64,000 nt of DNA, from contig CM097885.1 of the NCBI GenBank assembly GCA_044892525.1, positions 41,356,001 through 41,420,000 of the forward strand. Reading direction: 5' to 3'. Origin of the DNA: Schmidtea polychroa (lineage: Eukaryota). Below are positions 48,801 to 56,558 of this stretch, piece after piece. A program made the translations under genes and the position numbers. Positions within the stretch are counted from its first letter, which is position 1, and each line of letters opens with the position of its first letter. The notes under the pieces are model-generated. The model had not been told where the DNA came from. It made no database searches and saw nothing but the letters and a program-made list of their open reading frames with translations.

Positions 48801-50045
48801 AAGTTTACAAAAAACCCTGCTCCATTGAGTTACATCAATAAAGTTTTATTGATTACAACAGTAATGATTATCAATATAATGTCAGTAAATGCAGTGAGAG
48901 TATTCCCGTTATATGCAACTAATACAGTTGTATTATTAGACAAAGTTCATATTTATTCAACATGTACTCAAATAGTTTGGGTTTATTATGCTGGAGGAGC
49001 AGAAGAAATAGAGATAGATAATCTAATAAACTATTTCGAACCCCCAATAAAATTGAACAGCACCAAAAATATTTATGTGGCTAGACAATTAACAATGAAT
49101 TATGAATACCCTTGGTTAATTACGCAATTGGATTCGAAAAGTAATAATACAAAAATACAAAATCTTATACGTATTAATATTTGGACAAAGAGATTACATA
49201 ATCGAGTATCAATTGAACCACTGGTAAATGGAATTGACATATATTGGGAACCCCAGGAATCCCAACAAGTAAAAGCAGTTTTTCAAAATTATGCGATAGA
49301 TACATTGAATAGCAGAAAACCCTTTATAAAGTATGCAAATTTAAAATTACATCATAACTATAATATTCTGATTCATTATTATGAAAAATCTTTATATGAA
49401 AACGGAACTGAAATTGATAGTCAATGGATCAGAATACACTCTAGTCAACATATGATACGATTAGTTAATGAAACAAATCGGGTTACTTTTCATATTTTCA
49501 ATCAATTAGTGAATGTTACCCGACAAGCGGAGCCCAATCAAAAAGCTATTTTATATTATTATGGAAAAATTCAATCGATATTAAATGAAAAAAATAAATC
49601 TCAAATATTAACTTTTCGTCAACGTTCACCAATATCAACGTCAAAATTTGTGTTCATTAAAATAAAATACTATAGACGTTCTCTATTTTCAAATTTATGG
49701 CAATTAACATTAGTGGAAAATAAAATTGTGCAAATTCCATCTATTAGCTCGCAGTATGGAAATCGAAACAAATCAAATCAGTCCAACCGAACCCCTAGCT
49801 CTGCCAACGTAATCATCTTCTCTAGCATCAATGAGTCAATGACTAATAACGAAACCATATCGTCATTAAAAACTGACAGTGAAATTGTGTGTGTCACATT
49901 ATTAATGACTACTCTCATTATAACAATCTCTCTCATTATTCTCATTATCATTGTGCTAATTGAATTTCAAACAATACCCAAACCTTCTACGAATCGATCC
50001 GAGATTGCGAGACCTTGGATCGTTTATGAAGAAACATTTGTGTAG
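39801..50045 (+). CDS. gag-pol: Element B single polyprotein: Gag (4 CCHC), 2x(helical bundle + Ubl), Bcl-2-like, chuvirus-type glycoprotein, PR, RT, RNase H, IN, FN3-like type I membrane domain; first ATG at 39855
   Basis: YLKGAAREAW; four CX2CX4HX4C (40650-41057); LRFNERLLENDEFLVDCG; WVNEKGGW; LVAYDC; LLDSGS; YIDD; TDAS..EKE..TDH; HHCC and D,D35E; GPY; C-terminal TM. Confidence 0.96.
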   Translation: MLTRSFYKLRSQKLVENIMSTQRQVNNTNNNDETPVSTVSVGNVREGNDYASCQKLPVDQYGGDPLEFVDFMADYYMYATAYGWSQSIMVQRLPIYLKGAAREAWQQIDKRIVANDWTKLKDALATKLIGGDIKRIMRQKFYNRVQKPEESVSEFAYHLSTLAEKAFEVKPEQAEMAKQVKELLQDQFLSGVKKEIKKALCYVDFNDFDELIKKAMKIELNLKSTQSKSESFAVISGASERSVTPIRNNRFQQTSSPSPKFRSKFESNKSTDIQTDGKEGPIQCSHCQRIGHHVNQCWFKNRVQRSPIPIQCDNCQRMGHDSNQCWSKNNVQRSPRQMWPDWLKGNGAKSFTKANINEPRTNDNLQCFNCGRKGHVSRNCFARSRSTSTSPSPQRDKVNLQGQIQCHSCRSYGHMARSCPRNMDKFQRPILKKSIRFQSDKPQMDNAAFIQPDNFNERIESEVREMGRRLDRLMSKFESEEDYNNHMMYESQEELNEKESKRRVIKDDLESEKATMIMTRIEKLIGNNEIESAKVIKSLRELSQISLSMRKIKSVISLCVNYYNMNPKYKEEIKELMKIFGKALREKTGLDSIFVEVVNGIDKSVLCCRCEANDCVNDLKNKLKEKKEGCMIELRFNERLLENDEFLVDCGFIPGSINELKMENVITSDEIMSSKIIDKRNSREILEELNDALYIGDEDEINEKLQIIEKLEMEDNDKLKIVNTIRPYLHVKTRYAKLLRSLLQRLGKELRKARVELKPFLIALDYEGYGKTEYVDEHWCAKVRKLRKRAAETLGKDGIIIVMYKGEELDDDEYLYDCGCVPQELDENGYLIRDGRVGYLVNHIVVVKGVSLEVNIESNKPDTEEQDEKVKGNKEIDEIVSDNEQKDPDNKDQSTEPDVQGEPLVPEGEINGEIKNKKVRTLYEIKKYLVRLEQDVDETKKMLKHLVKAVYPMFDVEIEVDDELKEIVKEMKNRLPEVMQKFGEENTFCERSVIENLAKNEINKEVIIIALIYVVLEIGTHTFARSDKLENLIDIAARLVNEYLMSWVNEKGGWKTLCSSLTEKKDEKQEMSPPQRRVNERVKPELRKTMIFPWAMFMVITFCAIITQTSSLVAYDCSQTEMGKVYSVVDMSECPGAYPSSLKIENDVKYYVYQESDLRRTQVRECIVKHTTFVFYCGKWSHTSLIKMHAIPRPVEVLPENCLAAFQTGELKISPEIRLKAKLNHRIRETIIVKGVMKANGDCEGEPYKMNGKIIQQTVVLEEYLTELREFEGAFDDDTGKLQTHPFCNMKQTHCQTGESILVYNVETNKCNLAHLKTMNFKELVGEQFRDKPDNFNMNYRPNNTIKSTPVWTKQMGTVIMSTLPADGMRFIKKEITNKCGRMVYVTNYKGVYVSRNVVEEAKIKIHRDDIKLTHYFNNKIDYLFHFSQNIMENVYREMILNDCKLNKEILRNRMAMAITNPNLVAPMLISENGVFARIFGEALYSYKCKEVTVKIAKYEKCTNELPVSFGGKVRFMEPITRILLDEQTKPKLLQCNRLLAPLYRLATDSWIALPDYRGVKTPDKLELTNLEYLINFTSLNKMAQMGLYASEDIEEAQRNLLFPSKKERIISEMIDTVLPNGEGTVNYENLLTPDHFKRATYKTMEKIWGKFMFLRQACAGLIGIYVIMITAKVVVSQMLSVHRIYAISGWSWKLVIGCIPLLARFFITDHQFKEMARVRAQLRNGRKSEESTCQSEDKNDDHNDDNNNGESEHKCFRKSVIKSKVEPESRFLLEPMPKLSGIDTLSRWYTPTFRPTAPIYPNEQLKEMKPVDNITIELEKIEPTSAEIERKNMLGLPCSYALMTTVVGGKQPRINIQFNKRKVEALLDSGSSHTIVAESFLTYQEKAKIKPTNHIIKSMSHNALNIVGKLEVKLIIGEQEIIHWVSVMRKSPVKCLIGMDVMEQLHGISLDLRTGKLIKGQMGEVVPEVGEVFLNQTLEVPPKSEVIYYADVMRVSDEEYIFEPNQKLVEKYDVPMCDEVVKVQNKSVPVRIANYSARSVEIKPKTKLGKLTKIKSEEAQKLPRNIKIYKEPQITSKDLTDLQKQEFGALLKKYRNVFAKHEYDLGLTQVIEHEIPLLNETPIKLRPYRIPYIHQEESDRQIKAMKEFNIIRDSSSPFSSSIVVVKKKDGDLRFCVDYRKLNQVTRKDTYPIPVPQEMFDQMGEVQYFTVIDLNKGYNQFKVKEEDRRKTAFSDGKGLYEFNVLPFGLTGAPATFQRGMNFVLRDIPHALVYIDDIIIFSNSFQEHLQDVETVFKRLLEANLKIKPSKCEWGKSEVVYVGHIISRRGLQPNPENVEKIGKYPIPKDVDQVRQFLGLASYYRKFIKSFSHVAQPLNMLLKKQAKFKWTTAQQEAFDKLKESLIKQPILRCPNFKKPFILMTDASNFALGAVLGQQVEGEKDHVIAYASRSLKPHEKNYSTIEKETLALVYGITTFRQYLVGRKFVVFTDHNPLQWLMKHRDSASKLIRWSIALQEYDFEIKYRIGKSNANADAMSRIPVKNNVDQDEKNCENTIFLAIKTVNNIEKLQDDQENDEELNQLRQHAVSIKKESDWKHIAEENHKYIIHDGLLKCAQNENLLIIVPTKHRKALLLLYHDGALGGHLSARKTLSRLKQKYYWKTMEQDIRQWCHTCEICLTRRNTGRKIKVPLKPMPVPKAPMEMTAMDIVGPLPETTNGNKYIIVFCDYLTKWPEAYAMPNQKAETVAKIFVENIIFRYGAPKKLLTDQGTNFQSELFKSITDLFGILKLSTSPYHPQTDGLVERFNGTLINMISSYVNRKQKDWDLFIKPCLFAYRNAVNESIGETPFYLMYLRRNNMPVDLEFQSPISQYMDVSDYKIAMHERLQSVWIQAGLNIRHHQEAYKECYDKRARAHDIKIGDLVYINKPEPTKGLSTKLQRPFKGPYLVCDTTETNLKLRPQNNKKAGTIIVHVNRCKKIIEDESRYPLRSKPNKDAGNPVIKQKFTKNPAPLSYINKVLLITTVMIINIMSVNAVRVFPLYATNTVVLLDKVHIYSTCTQIVWVYYAGGAEEIEIDNLINYFEPPIKLNSTKNIYVARQLTMNYEYPWLITQLDSKSNNTKIQNLIRINIWTKRLHNRVSIEPLVNGIDIYWEPQESQQVKAVFQNYAIDTLNSRKPFIKYANLKLHHNYNILIHYYEKSLYENGTEIDSQWIRIHSSQHMIRLVNETNRVTFHIFNQLVNVTRQAEPNQKAILYYYGKIQSILNEKNKSQILTFRQRSPISTSKFVFIKIKYYRRSLFSNLWQLTLVENKIVQIPSISSQYGNRNKSNQSNRTPSSANVIIFSSINESMTNNETISSLKTDSEIVCVTLLMTTLIITISLIILIIIVLIEFQTIPKPSTNRSEIARPWIVYEETFV

Positions 50046-50478
50046 TAAGACATAAATACTTTGCATGCAAAATTGATAAAGTAGTAGTAGCAATATAGTA
50101 CAAATATTTTATGGATATTATTAATATTTTATTTCATTATGGATATGATCAATAATTCATTTTATTTTACTTGTGAATCTGCACTTTTCAATGTCAACGG
50201 AAAGAATCAATTTGATTGGTTAGCGCTGTGTTAAGGGGGAGAGAAAAACGGGGTTAAGGGAATTTTCGTAAGGGTATTAAAAGAGGGTAAAATCCATTAA
50301 ACTCTATTAATTTTCAAAAAAAAAAAAATATATCAACAATTAACTAAACGGTAATTATTATTATTATTATTATTTATACAGCTAGTAGCTGGGACAGTAT
50401 CCTTCGGATACTTCATCTCAGCCCTAGTTTTAAAAGCAAATTAAATTCAAACGTTAAATTATAACTATTTTAGCAAAA

Positions 50479-51948
50479 ATGGAACAAGTACAATGGGCAA
50501 GATCCACCTACGACAGTTACTTCAAGATGCAGAAAAATCATGCCAGCCAACAATTATACGAAATCAATGAAAATTTACAAATTCCAAATTATTTGCGGAT
50601 AGATGACAGAAGAATGAAGATACGAATGTTTACAATAAGGAGAAATTCAGAATTGAAATTGACAGATGAAATTGAGTTGTCTCAGAAGGAAGAATATCAC
50701 ATACACGTGATCAGAGGTACAGTGGAAGTGCTGAAGAACGATAATACAATATGGTGGCAACTCCGAAAATTCACATCATGGAAGCTGCAGAAGGACTTCA
50801 TGTGGAGAACACTACGAGCAGCGAATGAGGAGACAACGTTGGTGGTGGAAATCAGAATTGAGAATGAAGCGGATGAGGTACCACAGATGCATCTAATTGA
50901 AGGAGAAGACCCAATGTTATTGAAAATTTCAAAGGAAATGTTGAAAAAGAAAATGTCGTTTCTCAGAAAAGAAATGGATCTAGAAGAAATCCGCAATAGA
51001 ATATTATTCATTGATGCTGAATATGGCACATCAGACCAAGGGAAAATGATCCCTTTAGCAATAGCAATTATGAATTATTATGGAAAAGTAGTAAAAGATG
51101 TATACCTCACTCCAAGAGGAAAAATCCGACATTTTAATTCAAGGATCCATGGAATTACAGAAGTGGCTAGCAGGAACCAATGTGATCAATACGTGGCAAT
51201 AAAAGAAATTCAACGCTTGACAGTGGGCAAGATATTGATCGGCCATGATTTACATGCAGAATTACAATACTTGGGGATATGGATTGAACAATTGTACGGC
51301 ATTCGAGATCTAGCAGCAGCACCAATACTTCAGAACATGGGAGTAACCATAAGGGGAGAATGGTTCAAACTACAAACAGTGGTGAAAGAAATATGTGGAG
51401 AACAGACTCAGATGAGTATTCATTCGGCTCTCGAGGACGTGAAAAGTATACGCAAGGTATACCAGAAAGTAGAAAGTCAATGGATTGATGACATACCGAT
51501 GCCCAAAAATCAACCGTCAAAGCGATATTCGTGGGACGAATATAAGAAGCTTCGGGAAATTGAATCAACATCAACTGCAATACCAGAAAAACTAACGCAA
51601 ATTCCAATTGAAGATGTAATGGAATCTGAAGAAATTGATTTAACATTCGAGGAGAATGTGACGATGGATAGTGAAAATCCATTGATTCAATTGAAGTGGG
51701 CCAATGAATCATTCTTAGAAATTGCGGAAGAAGGTGTCGCATTAATGGAAAGCATTTCGATGATAAGGATACATCCAACACTTGAATATGGTCCAATGCC
51801 AGAATGTAGAAAATCCAAAAAGAGAAAAACAACTTCGAACATTGATGTCGGAGACACTGTCACTGTCAATGGTGTAGTATATGAACGCGAAGAGACAATA
51901 ATACGATATCGGCATGAAACGAAACGATTAGAAATAAAGATGGATTAA
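50479..51948 (+). CDS. Element B accessory ORF: N-terminal beta-rich domain + DEDDh 3'-5' exonuclease (ISG20/REX4-like) + acidic tail
   Basis: ExoI LFIDAEYG, IHGIT, ExoII LIGHDLHAEL, IRDLA, ExoIII HSALEDV. Confidence 0.88.
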   Translation: MEQVQWARSTYDSYFKMQKNHASQQLYEINENLQIPNYLRIDDRRMKIRMFTIRRNSELKLTDEIELSQKEEYHIHVIRGTVEVLKNDNTIWWQLRKFTSWKLQKDFMWRTLRAANEETTLVVEIRIENEADEVPQMHLIEGEDPMLLKISKEMLKKKMSFLRKEMDLEEIRNRILFIDAEYGTSDQGKMIPLAIAIMNYYGKVVKDVYLTPRGKIRHFNSRIHGITEVASRNQCDQYVAIKEIQRLTVGKILIGHDLHAELQYLGIWIEQLYGIRDLAAAPILQNMGVTIRGEWFKLQTVVKEICGEQTQMSIHSALEDVKSIRKVYQKVESQWIDDIPMPKNQPSKRYSWDEYKKLREIESTSTAIPEKLTQIPIEDVMESEEIDLTFEENVTMDSENPLIQLKWANESFLEIAEEGVALMESISMIRIHPTLEYGPMPECRKSKKRKTTSNIDVGDTVTVNGVVYEREETIIRYRHETKRLEIKMD

Positions 51949-54122
51949 TTTTTATATATTGTATTTATAAAATAAATAATTGTGAACTCGATTTTGTCTC
52001 ATGTATTTATTGGCAGCGCATCAGTTAGACCCCAAAAATAAGAATAAATAAGTAAATAATTGAGAGTAAATAAATGATTAAATAAATAAATAAACTTATT
52101 ATTGTGTATAACAACAAACACATTTCCAATTGTCGGGGTTTGGCTACCCTGGACAACAATTGGAAATGAGTAGTTGTAAAGAGCCACATAAACAGGTTGT
52201 CACAAATCATAACAATTTATTATTAAAAATTCATTAGACAATTTCATTCCCATCTTCCAGTATAAAGCATTGAGATGTTTTGTTATGTTTAATTAGTCAA
52301 AAATAAAATGTCTACGTTTTTATCGACTAATTTTCGGTTGAAATATTATCAAATTTCATTTTCAGTAACAGACACAAAAGTTTAGGGGAAAAATAAATTT
52401 CAGAAATTTTGATTTGAAAATTGAAAATATTTTGATGAACTTTTATTTAAAATGAAATAATTAATTTTTAATTTTTCAGAATTGTTTATGTTTTGTTATT
52501 ATTATTATTATTGTTAGTATTATTGTTGTTATTGTTATTATTATCCATGTTTCACTTAATAAAACCGCCTATAATAAAAAGAAAACCTCTCAATCATTTA
52601 CACATCAACTTTATTGTGTGTTGGAAATTCATTAGCAGTTTATTATACGAATTTATAATTGGTTTCAAAATATTATAAACATTGCATTGATCGTGATAAA
52701 TTTTTATATACTAATTCAATCAAAAAGAAAATTTACAAAAATTTTTATTAAATTCAATTGAAAAGAAAATTTACTTACTTTAATGCATAAATATAAAATT
52801 AACTTCAAAAAATAAAATTAATATTTGTCAAGCCAACGATGGGTGGGGGCTTGGCTGTCCACATCGGCTGTGTCAGATCGGAGTGGATGAGACGGTGCGC
52901 CGTCGGTTCGGGGGTGATTTTTCGGATTGTCTGTGTGAAAAAACAAAAGCTGTAAAATATTCATTTCCTTTTTGCATTGTTGATCATTTATTTTGTTTTA
53001 TATTTGTCCAAACACTTGTAAAAGCCAGTGCCGAAAATTCTGTTTAAATATCTATAATCTAAAAGGGAAATGAAAAAAAACAAAATAAAATAAAATTATT
53101 ATTTACGAACTTTATTATTAGTTTTGTCCAACTATATTTCTATGTTAACTAAGAATAATCTGTTTATAATTTTGGTATAATCAGGTAATAATATTCTATG
53201 GTAATAATTTCAAAATTAACAAAACAATGAAAAATGATATGGAAATGTGATTGCCTTTATAAAGTAAAAATTCGTTTCTTCCCTCCTTTCTTCTGATTGG
53301 CTTTCTCCTTATCTCGTGTAAGAACTGAAAGAAGAAAGAAATAAATCTATTTTGCGAAACAAAATTAAATTACCCTTGAATTAGTTGTCCAAATTGTAGA
53401 TTTGAAAAAAAAATTCAATCGGATGATGGGTGGATTTAATTATCATTTTCTTTTTGAATCTCCCGTCAAAAGCGCAAACCAATTTCGTAAATAATTTAAT
53501 TGCCCTCAACTGCAATCTAATTGAGTAATTCGATATTGGTCCACTGAAATTCTGCCACTGACACAGCAGATGAATTTGCCTCATCCCATCTGGGCATTTA
53601 ACTAAACTGATTAATATCAATGAGCTTTCAACTAAGTAATTTTAGACTAATAGAGAAATTTCATCAATTCTAATTTCAATAAATACAAGAATGTTTTAAT
53701 CAACAAAAATGAAATTTATTTCAACAGTTTTAATTGTTGGGAAATATTTATTTTAAGATAATTGCAAATATTTTTATAGTTAATTATGAAAATTTATCAA
53801 ATTTTACATTAATATTTTTTTTTTGTCTTGTAAATAATCCAACAAAAATCTATTAGGTAAAATTTTTGAAAATTTCTAAGCAAATTTTTTTATTTCAATG
53901 TTTTATTTACATTCACCCTTTACATTTAAAAATTCATCTCAATTTATTGGTATTATAATAATTTAATAATGGTAATGGTAATGGTAAGTGCTGTTGCTAT
54001 CACTGTTGTTATTTCAACTATAAGAACATTATTATTATTTTGTTATTGTTATTAGTATTGGTACTATTGTTGTTGTTGTTTGAACCATAAGAAATGTACA
54101 GATTCGAGGTCGAATCTAAATT

Positions 54123-54134
54123 AAAGGGGGGAGA
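54123..54134 (+). promoter_or_regulatory. Polypurine tract of B
   Basis: AAAGGGGGGAGA, 2 nt before the 3' LTR. Confidence 0.88.
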
Positions 54135-54136
54135 TA

Positions 54137-55002
54137 TGTTGGGGTTCAACAAGAGAGGCACAAAAATGAGGTGAAAATTGACAAAAACACCAAATTCAAA
54201 ATAAAAATTTAAAGTACAAAATATTAATTAAAAATCAAAAATTTTAAAAAATGAATATTTTCTGGGGGAAACTGGTATGGGCGGATGCTAAATAATGAGA
54301 CGAGTTCAGCTATAATAAAATAAAATCAATGGGGGGTCCCTAAAAGGAATAAATTACAAAAAACAAAAATTAATTAAAAATTAATTAACTAATGGAAAAC
54401 CCGAGCTAATGGGAAACCCGAGCTAATGGAGAACCCGAGCTAATGGGAAACCCGATACAATGGAAAACCCGAGCGAATTGAGAAATTCAATTTCGGGAAG
54501 GCAATTAATTTAGCCGGATAAAATGCGCCGTCAAAGGAAATGAGCAAATTCCCTTCAATTAAATTAGACCTCCAAGAGGAAGCCCGGGGGAAATAAAACC
54601 AAAAATAATTGGCAAAAATAAAGTCAATTAACAAGCGAGTATAAAAGCAACTGACAAGAAAACAAAATGCCAGTTGGTCGAAGAAAAGAAAACAGAAGTT
54701 GACGAGAGTGAAAAAGGAAATATCAAAGTTAGTCGAAAGTAAACCATATAAAAAAAAAATCGAACGTACCAGAAAGGGATATCTCCCGTTGGAAGATCTA
54801 CCCCTGCGTGAGATTTGTTGGCAATTGAAAAGTGCAGACAAAACCTGATTGTATCAAGTGTGAGTAAACTAATACAAGTGTAAAAGTGTAACTGCATCAG
54901 TGTCAATAAAGATTTTGTGTTGGGTTATTTGTTTATTTATTTATTTGGAAAAGAACACAAAGGAGTCAGACCGTAGTACCGACTTGCATTAAAAACCCAA
55001 CA
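54137..55002 (+). repeat. Element B 3' LTR
   Basis: Direct repeat of 38590-39454, followed by TSD CTTA. Confidence 0.97.
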
Positions 55003-55880
55003 CTTATATCTATATATATAATAAAATATAAAAAATCACTCTACATTTTGATCTTCCGAACAGCTTACACAAATTGACACTGCGTGTCTAGGGCATATAT
55101 TTTACCGCATGAAACGCATACTGCCGAATATTTTCTGTCAAGATTTCGAGGGCAATGTATGCATCTTTTTATGGCTGGTCGAACTTCATTTTGAGATTGT
55201 TCTTGTAAAATATTATTACTATGAAGTGCATAATATGTCGGGTTGTGTTCGTGTGAGGGTTTGTATAGTACTTCTATATTTCAGGTAGTCATCAAAAAGA
55301 GAAAAATCTAATGTTTTGAGATATTTTTTCTAGGTTTTCTAAATTTTTTAAAGCAAAAAAAAGTACGTAATCGGTCGCGCGGGGTCTTTACAAGCCCGCA
55401 CGCGAACAAAAATCTGCTCTACTCAGGTGTCGTGCGAAAACTCAGCCGCGCATATATTGCAAAGTGCGTACTTGTTATTTAGGCAGATACTGAGACACAA
55501 AAATCTGTAACTTAAATAATTAAAAATTTATGTCGGTTTTTCTAAGTCCCGGGCCTTTAAAGACCCCACGCGACTGACGATGTAAGAAAAATGGGCGCTA
55601 CCGACGTAGGGTTAATTAGTAATTTAATATACAAATAAATATACATGTTCATGTGTTATAGCAAAACCTTGTTTTTATTGAGTTAATTGTAGTTTTAATT
55701 TTTTTTGTAATAAAGTTATTATTGTTTAAAACGTGTTTATATTATTATATATATATTGAAAAAAAGATGGGGAGGCGCTACTACATTTTTGCTACTAAAT
55801 TTTCTATGAAAACTATTGCTACTATAGTAGGCTATTATATATACACAAATAAAAGATTACCAACTAACCATGGTTTATAT

Positions 55881-56305
55881 CAGTGTTTCTCAGACTTTTC
55901 TCGCTCGCGGCACACTAAAAAATTTAGAAAAGCTCGCGGCACACCTGCCCAAAAACCAAATATTTTTACAATTTTTTTGACTTCCCAATGATATATAAAA
56001 AAGCTTCTTTTTAGTCTATACTAATTAAATATGATTACGAGAGATTTTTTGACTTCCCAATGATATATAAAAAAGCTTCTTTTTAGTCTATACTAATTAA
56101 ATATGATTACGAGAGATTTTTATAAGGTAATAAAGACAATTCTTTGTAATTTTGATACAGAAGCGACTTTTTCATAAAAAGCTTGATATAGTTTTTGTAA
56201 ATTTTTTTTATTACCAACTTTTTTGGGGGAAAAAAATCTCGTAGCACACCTAGTTCAAACTCACGACACACTAGTGTGCTGCGGCACATCGTTTGAGAAA
56301 CATTG
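55881..56305. mobile_element. hAT-type MITE with an internal tandem duplication of about 70 bp
   Basis: TIRs CAGTGTTTCTCAGAC / GTTTGAGAAACATTG; perfect TSD GTTTATAT; repeated GCGGCACAC subterminal motifs. Confidence 0.85.
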
Positions 56306-56558
56306 GTTTATATTATAGTTTATATTATGTCTCTTGCCTGGTGGTGAATGTGTTGTACACATTTTTTTATTATTTTAGTCGGTCTTCACTTGGCCCTAAA
56401 CATTTGTATTTTTTGTCTATGTTTTTATTTTGTCTTATGTTCAAAGCTTTCAACTTGAAAATAACATTTTTGTTTTAAAATCAAAACATTCACATTTCTA
56501 ATATGAAATATAAAGATTTTTTCATTTTTAAAATATCGATAAAAAATAAAAATAAATT

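Larger units (their letters stand above)
38590..55002 (+). mobile_element. Element B: full-length, apparently intact 16.4-kb Ty3/Gypsy LTR retrotransposon / candidate endogenous enveloped virus
   Basis: 865/866-bp LTRs with TGTTGGG...CCCAACA ends; TSD CTTA (38586-38589, 55003-55006); PBS; PPT; uninterrupted 3414-codon ORF. Confidence 0.98.

Noticed and set aside
52880..52912. Hammerhead ribozyme (GATGA-stem-loop)
   Set aside because: Lacks the CUGAUGA and GAAA core.
54100..54117. Palindrome AGATTCGA-GG-TCGAATCT before the PPT
   Set aside because: Similar TCGAGG-containing motifs commonly precede Gypsy PPTs; not unusual.
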